Assembly (NCBI GenBank): GCA_965199825.1
Contig: OZ241329.1
Location: forward strand, 1,120,001 to 1,184,000
Source: Bdellovibrionales bacterium
GTDB lineage: Bacteria > Bdellovibrionota > Bdellovibrionia > Bdellovibrionales > UBA1609
Reading direction: 5' to 3'
DNA: 64,000 nucleotides
Every line of letters starts with the position of its first letter. Position 1 is the first letter of the stretch. Shown one piece after another: positions 51,391 through 61,690 of the stretch. The notes beneath the pieces were generated by a model. That model was not told the origin of the DNA and did no database searches. It was given only the letters and a program-made list of their open reading frames with translations. The translations under genes were made by a program, and so were the position numbers.

Positions 51391-52542
51391 GTGATTTTAA
51401 TTTTACTTTTACTTCATTTAAAGGCTTTTGCGGGCTGCAACGGTTTGCCGTTGTGCCATTTTACGCTTGCGGTTGTTAATGACGATCAAAAGCCAACACT
51501 GATCACAAGTCAGTATCGCTTTCGTCCGCCCCAAAAAGGCTATCCTACTTTAGTTTATATTCCTGGCGGACCGGGTGAAAAGGCTTCCGATAAAAGTTTT
51601 GATGCGTTTTTTGATTCTCCTCCACAGTTTGGGGTTCTCCTCACCGATCCTCCCTTTATCGACATGCAAAGTAGCGATAAATTTAAAAAACTGATGACCT
51701 CACAGTTTGTGGCAGATGTTGTGTCAAAGGCGATTGAGGATGCAGGAGTTGAATCTAACTATATTTTGTTTGCTGATTCCTATGGAACAGTTCCGGCTAC
51801 GATCTTGGCTTCGCAAAAAAAACCGCGTGCGGTTGTTTTAGAGGGAGTGGTCGGCAAGGCTCGGACCTATGACGATTACCGCAATGGATTTCTCAACCAA
51901 GAAACCGAGATCCTGACGCGACTTAAAAATAAAGTTGTTAAAACTTATAATGCTCGGGTGAATTTATTTTTGGATCGCGGATCTTTAAGTGGCGATCAAG
52001 CGTGGGCGATACTACAAACGGTTTTGATCGATCGACATCATAATGGAAAGATTTGGCTTGAAACATTGGCCGAGCAAAGCACCCAACTTCGAATTCCTAA
52101 TTTTTTAAAAATGCTTAAAGATGTTTTTATGCTGAGTGTGGCAAAACATTTTGGCTCATCCCAGTTAAATCTGAATCAGGTTATCAACTGTCGAGAACTT
52201 TACTATGCCGAAGGTCACACCGATGAAACCTGTGACGGATCACCCAAAACTCTTTTTGATTCCGCTCAATATCAGATTCAATCGCCTGTCATTTATGTGG
52301 TTGGGGAAAATGATCCGATCACTCCTGATAACGGTTTTTATCATTATTCCAATCAAAAGACCGACCAAAAGTGGTTGGTACTTGTGAACGATGCGGGGCA
52401 TGCCCCATTGTCGGTGGAATTAAAAAACTGTGCGGTTGATTTTTGGAATAGTTTTATTGATCAAAATAATCTTGATGGTGCTGCACAAGTTTTAAAAAAC
52501 TGCGGCCGCACTTCTGGCAATAAAAAAATGGCGTCGAAGTAG
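51391..52542 (+). CDS. Secreted alpha/beta hydrolase (S33-like)
   Basis: PGGPG, DSYG, GENDPITP, AGHAP; probable GTG start gives a signal peptide. The track extension runs through the repeat array. Confidence 0.8.
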   Translation: MILILLLLHLKAFAGCNGLPLCHFTLAVVNDDQKPTLITSQYRFRPPQKGYPTLVYIPGGPGEKASDKSFDAFFDSPPQFGVLLTDPPFIDMQSSDKFKKLMTSQFVADVVSKAIEDAGVESNYILFADSYGTVPATILASQKKPRAVVLEGVVGKARTYDDYRNGFLNQETEILTRLKNKVVKTYNARVNLFLDRGSLSGDQAWAILQTVLIDRHHNGKIWLETLAEQSTQLRIPNFLKMLKDVFMLSVAKHFGSSQLNLNQVINCRELYYAEGHTDETCDGSPKTLFDSAQYQIQSPVIYVVGENDPITPDNGFYHYSNQKTDQKWLVLVNDAGHAPLSVELKNCAVDFWNSFIDQNNLDGAAQVLKNCGRTSGNKKMASK

Positions 52543-52603
52543 GGGCGCACAACCCGACAATTGTCTTGTTGAGCAAACATCCAAAATCAATGACACTGTT
52601 TGG

Positions 52604-53101
52604 GTGATCATCATTTTATTTATACTCCAAGCCTTTGCCACCGAAGTCTGTTTTTCACCGGATCAACCTTGTGACGAAAAACTGAGCGCCTTGTTGAGCG
52701 AGGCCAAAAAATCAATTTCAATCGCGATATATGATATCAATCTTGAACAGGTGATCCACCAACTGATCAAAGCCAAGCTCAGGGGCGTGAACGTTCGAGT
52801 GGTTGCCGATAAAAGACAAAGCAAGGGATCGCACTCGGCGGTATCCACTTTGGTCAAAGCCAATGTTCCGGTTCGGTTTGGTCGCCAAAGGGGAATCATG
52901 CACGACAAGTTTACAATCGTGGATGATCAAACTCTTCAGACCGGGTCGTTTAATTATACCCACCACGCAGCAACCGCAAATCAGGAAAATCAAATTTATT
53001 TAACCGACCTTGAGGTAATTAAGAAATTTGGTGAGCGATTTGAAAAGATTTGGATGGGTGCTGGCCCTACAATTCCGCGCAGAGTCTCTAGCGAAAATTA
53101 A
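52604..53101 (+). CDS. Single-HKD phospholipase D/Nuc family protein
   Basis: VCFSP, MHDKFTIVD, TGSFNYT, NQEN. Confidence 0.88.
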   Translation: MIIILFILQAFATEVCFSPDQPCDEKLSALLSEAKKSISIAIYDINLEQVIHQLIKAKLRGVNVRVVADKRQSKGSHSAVSTLVKANVPVRFGRQRGIMHDKFTIVDDQTLQTGSFNYTHHAATANQENQIYLTDLEVIKKFGERFEKIWMGAGPTIPRRVSSEN

Positions 53102-53127
53102 AATAATCGGCTAAGACCTTTAACTTC

Positions 53128-54129
53128 ATGACCGAAAAAATGTTGCTCCACCATCTTTATCAAAACCCTTTTGTTCTGGCACCTATGGCCGGAATTACCG
53201 ACTGCTCTTTTCGCTCATTCATGCGCGAGATGGGCTGTGGAATTGTGGTTACCGAGTTGGTCTCGGCCATGGGTTTAAAATACAGTTCTGAAAAAACTCG
53301 GGCGCTGATGGCTTACGAAGAATCACAACGCCCCATTGGCATTCAACTCTTTGGAGAAGATTTAGAGAGTTTTAGTTTTGCTGCTCGCGAAGCCGAAATT
53401 GCGGGTGCCGATTTTGTTGATTTGAATTTTGGTTGTCCCGTTCCCAAGGTTGTTAAAAAGGGAGCGGGTGCTGCAATGCTCAAAGACCTCAAACAACTGG
53501 CTGAAGTCTTAAGAACGGTGAAACAAGCGGTTAACATTCCGGTGACTATAAAAATCAGAACAGGTTGGGATGAGCTCTCTCGTAACGCTCATGAGATCGT
53601 CAAGATTGCTGCGAACGAAGGTATAACTTGGGTGGCCATCCATGGACGCACTCGCGCGCAAGGTTACAGTGGACAAGCGGATTGGGATTATATTCGCTAT
53701 GTGAAATCGGTAAGTCCTATTCCTGTCTTGGGCAATGGCGATATTCACTCAGGCTCTCAGGCGCGCATGCGTTTGGATTCAAGTTTGTGTGACGGGGTTT
53801 TGATTGGTCGAGGATGTTTAAAAAATCCTTGGATCTTTCGAGAGGCCAAAGGCCAAGAGGTGGAAAAAAATTATGAAGATGTTTTGTTGAAATTGATTGA
53901 GCATTTAAAGAAATTTAATTCTGAGCGGATTGTGATGTTACAGATCAAAAAATTCGCCACTTGGTATTCGGCGGGATTTCCAGAATCTTCGGCCTTTCGT
54001 TCGACCGTTTTTAAAATGAAAGAGTCTGACCAATTGATCGAGGCGGTATTTGATTACTACCGCTCTTTGAAAGGCTACTTGCAAAAGGATACAAGCCAAG
54101 AAGCCTTTTTGATGGGTGGCCATGGTTAA
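53128..54129 (+). CDS. dusB: tRNA-dihydrouridine synthase
   Basis: LAPMAGITD, LNFGCP, KIRTGW, HGRT, NGDI. Confidence 0.9.
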   Translation: MTEKMLLHHLYQNPFVLAPMAGITDCSFRSFMREMGCGIVVTELVSAMGLKYSSEKTRALMAYEESQRPIGIQLFGEDLESFSFAAREAEIAGADFVDLNFGCPVPKVVKKGAGAAMLKDLKQLAEVLRTVKQAVNIPVTIKIRTGWDELSRNAHEIVKIAANEGITWVAIHGRTRAQGYSGQADWDYIRYVKSVSPIPVLGNGDIHSGSQARMRLDSSLCDGVLIGRGCLKNPWIFREAKGQEVEKNYEDVLLKLIEHLKKFNSERIVMLQIKKFATWYSAGFPESSAFRSTVFKMKESDQLIEAVFDYYRSLKGYLQKDTSQEAFLMGGHG

Positions 54130-54130
54130 T

Positions 54131-55447
54131 TTATTTGGATTTAAAAATCTTCCAAGCCTTTAAATTATTGTAGGCCTGGGCCACCTCAAAATCATTGCGT
54201 AGCAATTTTGTTTTATCCGAAAGTGCTTCTTTTTCTTTTACAGAATCAGTACTCCACCAAGTTCCTTTGGCCCGTTTCTTTGTTTTCCCTTCGACCGCTT
54301 TGACTTCGGCATCACCTAAAAGATGGCCTTCCATATCTTGCTCGCGCCGACCTTCATCCGCCTTGAGTGTGGCTTTTTTTAATATCTCGTTATCGATCGG
54401 ATCAAACACGATATCAGGATCGATGCCGAGGGCTTGGATCGATCGACCTTTTGGAGTGTAATAGCGTGCCACTGTCAGTTTTAATCCTGATCCATCGCCG
54501 AGCTTGATTACCGATTGGACCGAGCCTTTACCAAAACTGCGTTGGCCCATAATCACCGCGCGATTGTTATCTTGGAGTGCACCGGCCAAAATTTCTGATG
54601 CACTTGCGGTGTACTCATCGATTAAAACGATAATTGGAAAGTCGGGCATGGTGCCTTGTTTCTTGGCGCGGATGATTTCTTTTTCTTTGGGATCACGCCC
54701 GATGGTGCTGACGATAATTCCCTCGTCTAAAAACATATCGCTGATCTGGACGGCTTGATCGAGTAAACCCCCTGGGTTTTTTCGCACATCTAGAATAAGT
54801 CCATTTATCTTTTGATGTTTTTTGGTGTGATCTTTAAAAATTTTGTCGAGCTCACCGGCTGATGTTTCAATAAAACTTGTGAGTTTGACATAGGCATAAC
54901 CATCATCAAGATCGGTGTACTTGGCAGATTTCAATTTGACAGTGGCGCGCTCAAGAGTAAATGCTTTTGGTTTATCAAAACCTTCGCGGTAAATTCCGAG
55001 CATCACTTGGCCTTTTTTGTTTTCGCGCATTTTGAGTGCGGCGTCGGCAAGGCTTAATCCTTTAGTGGACTCATTGTTGATTTCTACAATTTTGTCTCCG
55101 GGCTGGATGCCGGCCTTAAATGCGGGAGTGTCTTCAATAGGTGAGATGACGGTGAGGACTCCATCTTGGATGGTGATCTCAACCCCAAAACCACCAAACT
55201 CGCCCGAGGTTTCGGATTTAAATTCACTGAACTTTTCTGATTCCATAAAGCTCGAGTGGGGATCTAATTCGCGGAGCATTCCTTTGATCCCGCCATAGAT
55301 TAATTTTTTGGTGTCGACCTCTTCAACGTAATATTGCTGAATCAGATTCAACACTTTGGCAAAAAGCTGAAGGTCTTGGTAGCGTTCGGCAGCGAAGGCT
55401 GTGCTAAAGCAAACAGCGCCAATCATCAGCCAATATTTCATTTTCAT
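54131..55447 (-). CDS. S41 carboxyl-terminal protease (CtpA-like)
   Basis: LDPHS, PDZ, NPGGLL, TASASEI, FGKGSVQ; start ATG 55447. Confidence 0.93.
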   Translation of the reverse strand: MKMKYWLMIGAVCFSTAFAAERYQDLQLFAKVLNLIQQYYVEEVDTKKLIYGGIKGMLRELDPHSSFMESEKFSEFKSETSGEFGGFGVEITIQDGVLTVISPIEDTPAFKAGIQPGDKIVEINNESTKGLSLADAALKMRENKKGQVMLGIYREGFDKPKAFTLERATVKLKSAKYTDLDDGYAYVKLTSFIETSAGELDKIFKDHTKKHQKINGLILDVRKNPGGLLDQAVQISDMFLDEGIIVSTIGRDPKEKEIIRAKKQGTMPDFPIIVLIDEYTASASEILAGALQDNNRAVIMGQRSFGKGSVQSVIKLGDGSGLKLTVARYYTPKGRSIQALGIDPDIVFDPIDNEILKKATLKADEGRREQDMEGHLLGDAEVKAVEGKTKKRAKGTWWSTDSVKEKEALSDKTKLLRNDFEVAQAYNNLKAWKIFKSK

Positions 55448-55457
55448 TTTAGCTCCC

Positions 55458-56525
55458 TCAAAAGTTGTTGGCCTGATTCTCCGGTTTGTTTTTGATCCAA
55501 GGAAGCGGATCAATTGCGTCAGAAAAATGCCGAATTTCGAAATAGACTCCATTGATTTTATGAAAGGGTGAAAAGCTGGTAAACCCCAAAACTTCACCTT
55601 CGTTCACATCATCGTTCAATTTTAACCGTAGATTACTTAAAGTCCCGTAGACCGTGTGATAATGATCGCCATGATCGACGATAACGACAAGACCATTTCC
55701 GGGGAGGGGTCCGCTAAAAACCACTTTGCCGCGATGAACCGAGCGTACTGCAGCACCTTGCGAGCTCTCTAAAAATAAACCCTTATGAGACAACTTGTAA
55801 TGAAGCTCTGGGTTTTCGATAAAGCCATATTCCTGTCGGACTGGACCTTCTGTTGGCGTGACTAAAAGTCCTTTGCGCTCAAAAAATGCTGTTTCATAAA
55901 CCACGTCTGAATCTTTGCGCAGATCTTTAATCTGCATGAGCGCCTGCTGCTGATGGGTCTGAAGTTTTTCGAGCAATGCCGATTTTGATTTTTGCTCAAA
56001 CTCGAGCAAACCTTCTTGCCCCTTTAAATCGATCTGAATTTTGGCAAGCCGTTCGACTTTGGTTTTCAACATCTCGCGATGTTCACGAAGAGTTGTTAAG
56101 TTGAGCTGAAAGTCTTTGATCAATTCGAGATCGCGCTCGGAAACCAATTTTAAAAATTTAGTATGACGAAAGAGATCATTCGCATTGAATGACGAAAATA
56201 AAAGTCTCAAGGTGGATTGAAAATTCATGCGGTACATCGCACTCAATCTGCGCGACAGATGAAGACGTTGCGAATCCATTTTGCTTTCAAGAGTTCCAAT
56301 CATTTTTGCAAGACCGCGAGCATCGTTTTTTGCCAGCAGCATCTTGTCGGTCAGAGCTCCCCGTTTTTGGCTCATCGATTTCATTTTTTTATTGATGGAA
56401 TAAAGAGTACCTAAGACTTCGCGATTTTTTATTTCGTCTTGCGACAGCCGAGTTTTTATTTCCTCAAAGGACGGCTTGACACTGACGGTTGCGGCAACGG
56501 CCACACTCAGAAAAAGTCGGATCAA
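55458..56525 (-). CDS. envC: EnvC-like murein hydrolase activator (coiled coil plus degenerate M23)
   Basis: Long coiled coil, IVDHGDHYHTVYG, YFEIR; downstream of ftsX; probable TTG start 56525. Confidence 0.85.
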   Translation of the reverse strand: MIRLFLSVAVAATVSVKPSFEEIKTRLSQDEIKNREVLGTLYSINKKMKSMSQKRGALTDKMLLAKNDARGLAKMIGTLESKMDSQRLHLSRRLSAMYRMNFQSTLRLLFSSFNANDLFRHTKFLKLVSERDLELIKDFQLNLTTLREHREMLKTKVERLAKIQIDLKGQEGLLEFEQKSKSALLEKLQTHQQQALMQIKDLRKDSDVVYETAFFERKGLLVTPTEGPVRQEYGFIENPELHYKLSHKGLFLESSQGAAVRSVHRGKVVFSGPLPGNGLVVIVDHGDHYHTVYGTLSNLRLKLNDDVNEGEVLGFTSFSPFHKINGVYFEIRHFSDAIDPLPWIKNKPENQANNF

Positions 56526-57415
56526 GATGTCGACCTTTCTGCAGCAGCCCATCCTGAGGCTTGGGTCTGGACGCAGAAGTAAGCCGAGAGCCAACCAAAA
56601 AATCCACCAAGACCTATAAATCCCATGCTTTGAAAAAGACTTAAAAATTGAAGATTCAATTTCCAAAGAGCAATGCTGTCTTCAAAAAATTGGAGTTGCC
56701 AATGGTAAAACCCATAACAAAAAAGAATGGCAAAGAGAGATGCAGCACTTCCGATAAATGCACCTTCAGCCAAAAAAGGAGCTTTAATCATTCGTGAGGT
56801 TGCACCGACCAATTCTAAAATTTCGATTTCGTCGCGCCGTTGTGAAATTGCCGAACGGATAGAGAAGCTCACAATAAATAAACTCGCGACCAATAACAGC
56901 GCCATCAAAAAATTAGAGGCACGAGCAAAGGTTTTGATAAAAGTAAGATAATTTTCGATCCAGCCTTGACCATAGGAGACTTCGTCGACTCCGTCCATTT
57001 GGGTCAGTGCCGAAGTTAGGGATTGAACACTCTGGTTGGGTTTAAGCTTAGTCTCAAAACTTGCGGGCAATGGATTTCCAAAATCGGCATCCGACAAAAG
57101 CCCTGCTGAATAAAGGCCCATTTCAATCTTAAATTTTTTAGCCGCCTCTGATTTTTCGACAAAATTGATGCTCTCAAACTGATTTGAGCTTTCTAATTTT
57201 TGACGAATCTTTTTTAAAGCTTCGGGCGAGATCATGTCGCGAAGATAAACCGTGTATTGCACCGACTCGCCCCAAACCTCAAAAACATGCTGCAAGTTTT
57301 TTTGCACACAAAAAAAACTGGCAATCACAAAGAATGTGGCGGTGAGTACAAAAAGGGTTGTGGTTTGTGTTGTGGGATGATGACGAAAACTGCGTTTGAT
57401 GTTTTGCAAAATCAT
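56522..57415 (-). CDS. ftsX: Cell division permease FtsX
   Basis: NPLPASF, RRDEIEILELVGAT, PFLAEG. Confidence 0.92.
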   Translation of the reverse strand: MILQNIKRSFRHHPTTQTTTLFVLTATFFVIASFFCVQKNLQHVFEVWGESVQYTVYLRDMISPEALKKIRQKLESSNQFESINFVEKSEAAKKFKIEMGLYSAGLLSDADFGNPLPASFETKLKPNQSVQSLTSALTQMDGVDEVSYGQGWIENYLTFIKTFARASNFLMALLLVASLFIVSFSIRSAISQRRDEIEILELVGATSRMIKAPFLAEGAFIGSAASLFAILFCYGFYHWQLQFFEDSIALWKLNLQFLSLFQSMGFIGLGGFFGWLSAYFCVQTQASGWAAAERSTS

Positions 57416-58077
57416 CGTCGTTGACCTGCTTCGATGTTGCCACTGCGTATCTCAACCACGCGGCGGTTATAGGATTTTACGAGAGAATCATCGTGAGTTG
57501 CGATAAACACGGTTGTGCCTTGAGCATTGACCCGATCAAACAAGCCCATGATTTCTCGTGAAAGATCTCGGTCTAAATTTCCGGTGGGCTCATCCGCGAT
57601 CAGCACGCCCGGCTGATGAATCAGAGCTCGAGCAATGGCCACACGCTGTTGCTCTCCTCCACTCAAATGCTCAGGGTAGACATCATGTTTAAATGAAAGT
57701 GCAACTTGATCTAAAATTTCATGCACTCTTTTTTGGATCATCTGGGGGCGGTCGCCCCGAATTACAAGTGGAAGCGCCACATTTTCAAAAACGGTGCGTG
57801 TTTTTAATAAACGAAAATCTTGATAGACCACACCGATGCGGCGACGAAGATAAGGTATTTTATTTTTTGATATTTGGTTGAGATCAAAACCTGCAACGTT
57901 CACTTGACCCGAAGTTGCCTTATCGTATCCAGAAAGAAGGCGAAACAGAGTGGTTTTTCCAGCCCCGCTGGGACCGGTAAGAAAAACGAATTCACCTTTA
58001 CCTATTTCGAGATTTATATCTGAGAGAGCCTGCACAGGGCCGGGATAGCTTTTGTAGGTGTGAGAAAAAGAGATCAT
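57412..58077 (-). CDS. ftsE: Cell division ATPase FtsE
   Basis: GPSGAGKTT, VYQDFRLL, LSGGEQQR. Confidence 0.95.
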   Translation of the reverse strand: MISFSHTYKSYPGPVQALSDINLEIGKGEFVFLTGPSGAGKTTLFRLLSGYDKATSGQVNVAGFDLNQISKNKIPYLRRRIGVVYQDFRLLKTRTVFENVALPLVIRGDRPQMIQKRVHEILDQVALSFKHDVYPEHLSGGEQQRVAIARALIHQPGVLIADEPTGNLDRDLSREIMGLFDRVNAQGTTVFIATHDDSLVKSYNRRVVEIRSGNIEAGQRR

Positions 58078-58097
58078 GCTCTTATTCTAACGAAAGT

Positions 58098-58352
58098 TTA
58101 AAATAATTGTCCCGAAACCAAAAGATCTAGAATTTTGTCGTGTTGGAATCTCATCGCCATACGAATGGCCGATGTCCCCGCCGCAGGACCACCTGGCAAG
58201 ACTTGGGTATAGGGTGTCTTAATACTTTTAACAACCGCACCATTCTTGAAGACACGACTGACTAAATAAGGATTGTCGAATCCCCAGTCTTCGGTTTGAA
58301 CGTGGTATGCGTAACCCGTCACCATCACATCAGAATTGTAGCCCTTTTCCAA
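58098..58352 (-). CDS. Conserved-looking hypothetical protein
   Basis: GYNSDV..YHVQTEDWG; GGAGG RBS. Confidence 0.65.
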   Translation of the reverse strand: MEKGYNSDVMVTGYAYHVQTEDWGFDNPYLVSRVFKNGAVVKSIKTPYTQVLPGGPAAGTSAIRMAMRFQHDKILDLLVSGQLF

Positions 58353-58416
58353 TCAGCCCTCCGTTTAAAAAACTATAGGGCTTGGTCCAGACGAAATTAA
58401 GTATGAAAGCGGCGCG

Positions 58417-59070
58417 CTACAACTTTGCGGGTGCGGGAGGTTGAGAAATTTGGTGTGACGCCTTCTGGACCCCACGAACAAAAGCCCGAAAAGCTTCGGG
58501 AGCGTCAAGATGTTGGTCGATCGCATCTTCGATCGTAACGATTTTGTCTTTGGATTCGAGTCGTTTCGAATTTAGCCAGCTCAACATAGGAACCGAAATA
58601 CCAACCATCGAGGCCATGACTGCCGACACCATTCCGCCCGCAGCAACAGGAACTACCGCTAACAAATGCACCCACTGGGCAATTAAAAATAAATCAACCG
58701 CGGCCATTGCGCCTGTGCCGGCTAAAAATTTACGCTCATTCGCTTCATGAAAGTTTTTGAGCTGGAGCTGAGTTTCTTGAGCCACCAATTTGTTAAATTT
58801 ATTTTGGACATCGAACGAAGTCAGATTCATAGCCGGAGTTACTGGAGTACATTTAAGATCAGGCCGTTTTATGAAATCATTGAGCTGTGCATGGGTCTGA
58901 ATTTTTGGATCGTATTGGCAAACCTCAAAAACTGTCATATTTGAGTCGTAAACAGTTTTTGTTAATATTACGTGATGGGTAGAAGAAATCTGGTACGCCT
59001 CTCTGACCGGCAAAGAGTTTGTGAAGGCAGAGGCGAGTACAGTGGTAAGGCTAGCAATTAAATTAATCAT
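58417..59070 (-). CDS. Secreted protein, distant member of the 18.1-21.6 kb paralogue family
   Basis: Signal peptide, REAY, FEVC, DLKCTPVT; Gly/Ala-rich hydrophobic segments. Confidence 0.65.
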   Translation of the reverse strand: MINLIASLTTVLASAFTNSLPVREAYQISSTHHVILTKTVYDSNMTVFEVCQYDPKIQTHAQLNDFIKRPDLKCTPVTPAMNLTSFDVQNKFNKLVAQETQLQLKNFHEANERKFLAGTGAMAAVDLFLIAQWVHLLAVVPVAAGGMVSAVMASMVGISVPMLSWLNSKRLESKDKIVTIEDAIDQHLDAPEAFRAFVRGVQKASHQISQPPAPAKL

Positions 59071-59083
59071 ACATCCCTATTTA

Positions 59084-59098
59084 GCAGAATATATGCCA
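59084..59098 (-). promoter_or_regulatory. Putative sigma54 promoter
   Basis: Minus strand TGGCAT-ATATT-CTGC. Confidence 0.45.
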
Positions 59099-59103
59099 AC
59101 CTT

Positions 59104-59664
59104 TTAAAGAGGACTGACCACCAGCTCCGGATTTTTGAGTTCGTTTTGCAAAATACTTTGAATCGCATCAAGAGTTCCCATCATCGCTGAGGGACATCCC
59201 CCACATGCTCCTTGATAGATCACTTTGAGCTCATTATTTTCGAGCGAGATTACCTCGATGTCGCCTCCATCTGCCTGAAGACCGGGTCGAATGGTGCGAT
59301 CCAAAATTTCTTCAACCTGTTGGCGCTCAGCACTTAAACTACTGCGGTCAATGGTGGGATGAGATTTTTGGTCACTCAGCTGAAAATCTGGATTGTGAAT
59401 ATCGCCGCGAGTTTTGATTACCGACTCGACTTGATCGGCAACGATATCATCATTGAGTTCACCGGTGTGGGTCACACTCATTGTGTTTTGAAACAGATGC
59501 ACTTGGGTCACTCCGGGGATCTGAAAAACACTCTCAACCATTTTAAGTCCATCGGCTTGCTTGGGATCTGTAAAGGTGGCCTTGCCCTCATTTTTTAGAG
59601 GACGATTGACAATAAATTTCATCGCCATCGGATTTGGTGTTGGCTGCATCGAAACTTCGATCAT
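59104..59664 (-). CDS. Nfu/NifU-family Fe-S carrier
   Basis: PTPNPMAMKF, IRPGLQADGGD, GACGGCPS. Confidence 0.9.
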   Translation of the reverse strand: MIEVSMQPTPNPMAMKFIVNRPLKNEGKATFTDPKQADGLKMVESVFQIPGVTQVHLFQNTMSVTHTGELNDDIVADQVESVIKTRGDIHNPDFQLSDQKSHPTIDRSSLSAERQQVEEILDRTIRPGLQADGGDIEVISLENNELKVIYQGACGGCPSAMMGTLDAIQSILQNELKNPELVVSPL

Positions 59665-60866
59665 AAAAACATCTCCCTCGATTTTTTAAACGCCCTAATA
59701 AATTTAAAAATTTCATCTTCGGTGTTGTAGATGCTCAATGACGCCCGCATTAAACCTGAAACACCAAAACGAGTCATCAAAGGTTGAGCACAGAGATGGC
59801 CCGCACGCACCGCGATTCCTTGTTGATCTAAAATATGTGCCGCATCCGAAGGATGTACACCTGGAACGCTAAACGAAGTCACCGACGTTTTTTCGCCACC
59901 AGAGCCATAGATGTTGACCTCTTCGCTTTGAATCGCCTCTTCAAATTTTTTGCCGAGATGATGTTTGTAGTCGCAAAGACTTTCGAGTTTTTGTTGATCG
60001 ACAAAATCCAAGGCGGCTCCAAGACCAAGCACTCCGCTGATATTGGGGGTTCCGGCCTCAAACCGATAAGGCGCATTGAGATAAGTTGTTCCCCCAAAAC
60101 TCACATCCGCAATCATAGACCCACCCGATTGATAGGGCGGCATTTGATTGAGCAAAGCTTCGCGGCCATACAAAACCCCAACTCCAAATGGGCCAAAAAT
60201 TTTGTGGCCCGAGAACGCTAAAAAATCACAATCGAGTTTTTGCACATCTGTTTTAAGTGCTGCGATACTTTGTGCAGCATCCACTACGGTAACAGCACCC
60301 ACTTTTTTTGCGGCAGCAATCAATTGCTCGATGGGATAAATAAGTCCGGTCACATTTGAGATGTGCGCTGCCGATACCAGTTTTGTTTTTTCAGATATCG
60401 GTGCGCGTGAAAGATCCCACTGGCCATTATCTAAAATTGGCAGCACACGAATGATGAGATCTTTTTCTTGAGCGATGATTTGCCAAGGGACAATATTGGA
60501 ATGATGTTCAACTTCGGTCAGCAAAATCTCATCGCCCGGTTTTAAAAATTTGCGAACATAACTTTGGGCAATCAGGTTGAGGCTTTCGGTAGTGCCCTTG
60601 GTAAAAATAATTTCTCGATTGGACCGAGCATTTATAAATTGGGCCACATGAGTGCGGACCGCTTCGTATTTTTCGGTACCTTCGTTCCCAAAGTAATGAG
60701 CACCGCGATGAATGTTTGCGGCCGACATGCTGTTGTACTTTTCCATTGTCTCGGTCACAACCCGAGGTTTTAGGGTCGTTGCTGCATTATCAAAGTAGAT
60801 CAGCGGATGACCACGCACTTGGCTGCTCAATTGAGCGAAGTGCGATCGAATATTTTCGATATTCAT
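59661..60866 (-). CDS. sufS: SufS cysteine desulfurase
   Basis: YFDNAATT, FSGHK, FEAGTP, VRAGHLCA. Confidence 0.95.
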   Translation of the reverse strand: MNIENIRSHFAQLSSQVRGHPLIYFDNAATTLKPRVVTETMEKYNSMSAANIHRGAHYFGNEGTEKYEAVRTHVAQFINARSNREIIFTKGTTESLNLIAQSYVRKFLKPGDEILLTEVEHHSNIVPWQIIAQEKDLIIRVLPILDNGQWDLSRAPISEKTKLVSAAHISNVTGLIYPIEQLIAAAKKVGAVTVVDAAQSIAALKTDVQKLDCDFLAFSGHKIFGPFGVGVLYGREALLNQMPPYQSGGSMIADVSFGGTTYLNAPYRFEAGTPNISGVLGLGAALDFVDQQKLESLCDYKHHLGKKFEEAIQSEEVNIYGSGGEKTSVTSFSVPGVHPSDAAHILDQQGIAVRAGHLCAQPLMTRFGVSGLMRASLSIYNTEDEIFKFIRAFKKSREMFL

Positions 60867-61690
60867 TTGCGCCCCAGAGCACTCACAAATTGGGCTTCTA
60901 AAGCACGAATCGACTTTTCAACTTTTTTTTGCACTTGAGTTCTGAACTCAAGACCTTCAATAAAAAAGAAAATTTCATTAATAAAACTCTCAGATATCAA
61001 GCGCACAGAATCGCCTAAAGAAAGCCCTCGGCTTTGAAGGTAAAACAATTGCTCAGGGTCCATTTGCCCAACGGTTGCGCCGTGGGCGGCTTTGACATCA
61101 TCAGCTAGGATTTCGAGTTCGGGCATAGTTTCAATATGTGCTCGTGGCCCTAAAAGTAAAGCCGCACTTTTTTGTTTTGAATCTACTTTTTGGGCAAATG
61201 GCGCAATATGAATTCGACCACGAAAAAAGGCTTCGCCCTGCTCAGAAATCAGCGCCTTAAAGAGCTGCTCACTTTGTCCTAAGGGCGCAAAGTGCATCAT
61301 TTCGACCTCAGTTTTTGTTGAGGCTAGAGGCTCTATCAATGAAAGTCCATAATATCGGCTTAATGCTTTTTGTTCATTTTGTTTGAGAGTGGTTTTTAAT
61401 TCACCCAGCGCACTCACCGTAAAAATGGAGGCGGTGCTCTCTTGAGCTTGATCAATAATCAAATGATTTTTGACCTGATCCAAAAGAGAAATTCGAACAT
61501 GCTGAACCGAACTTTTTGCACCCAACGATAAACGGGTTGTACCTTCGCCACTGCAAATTTCTAAAATATTGAGATGCACATTTGGGGCGATATTAAGGGT
61601 TCGCTCAAATGCGGTATCCAACACTACAGTTTGATGATGAAAACTCTGATCCAGATTCATATTAATGGAGCGTTCTCGTGATCCAGTCAT
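60863..61690 (-). CDS. sufD: SufD (short form)
   Basis: [27 protein letters not shown]. Confidence 0.88.
   Translation of the reverse strand: MTGSRERSINMNLDQSFHHQTVVLDTAFERTLNIAPNVHLNILEICSGEGTTRLSLGAKSSVQHVRISLLDQVKNHLIIDQAQESTASIFTVSALGELKTTLKQNEQKALSRYYGLSLIEPLASTKTEVEMMHFAPLGQSEQLFKALISEQGEAFFRGRIHIAPFAQKVDSKQKSAALLLGPRAHIETMPELEILADDVKAAHGATVGQMDPEQLFYLQSRGLSLGDSVRLISESFINEIFFFIEGLEFRTQVQKKVEKSIRALEAQFVSALGRK

Noticed and set aside
52604..53101. PLD/Nuc protein as part of the HNH system
   Set aside because: Separated from the array by a hydrolase gene, and no equivalent exists at the first HNH locus.
55458..56525. Degenerate M23 active site
   Set aside because: Expected for EnvC-type activators; not a pseudogene.
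60863..61690. Short sufD as a pseudogene
   Set aside because: The C-terminal core is intact and the ORF overlaps both neighbours in the operon.
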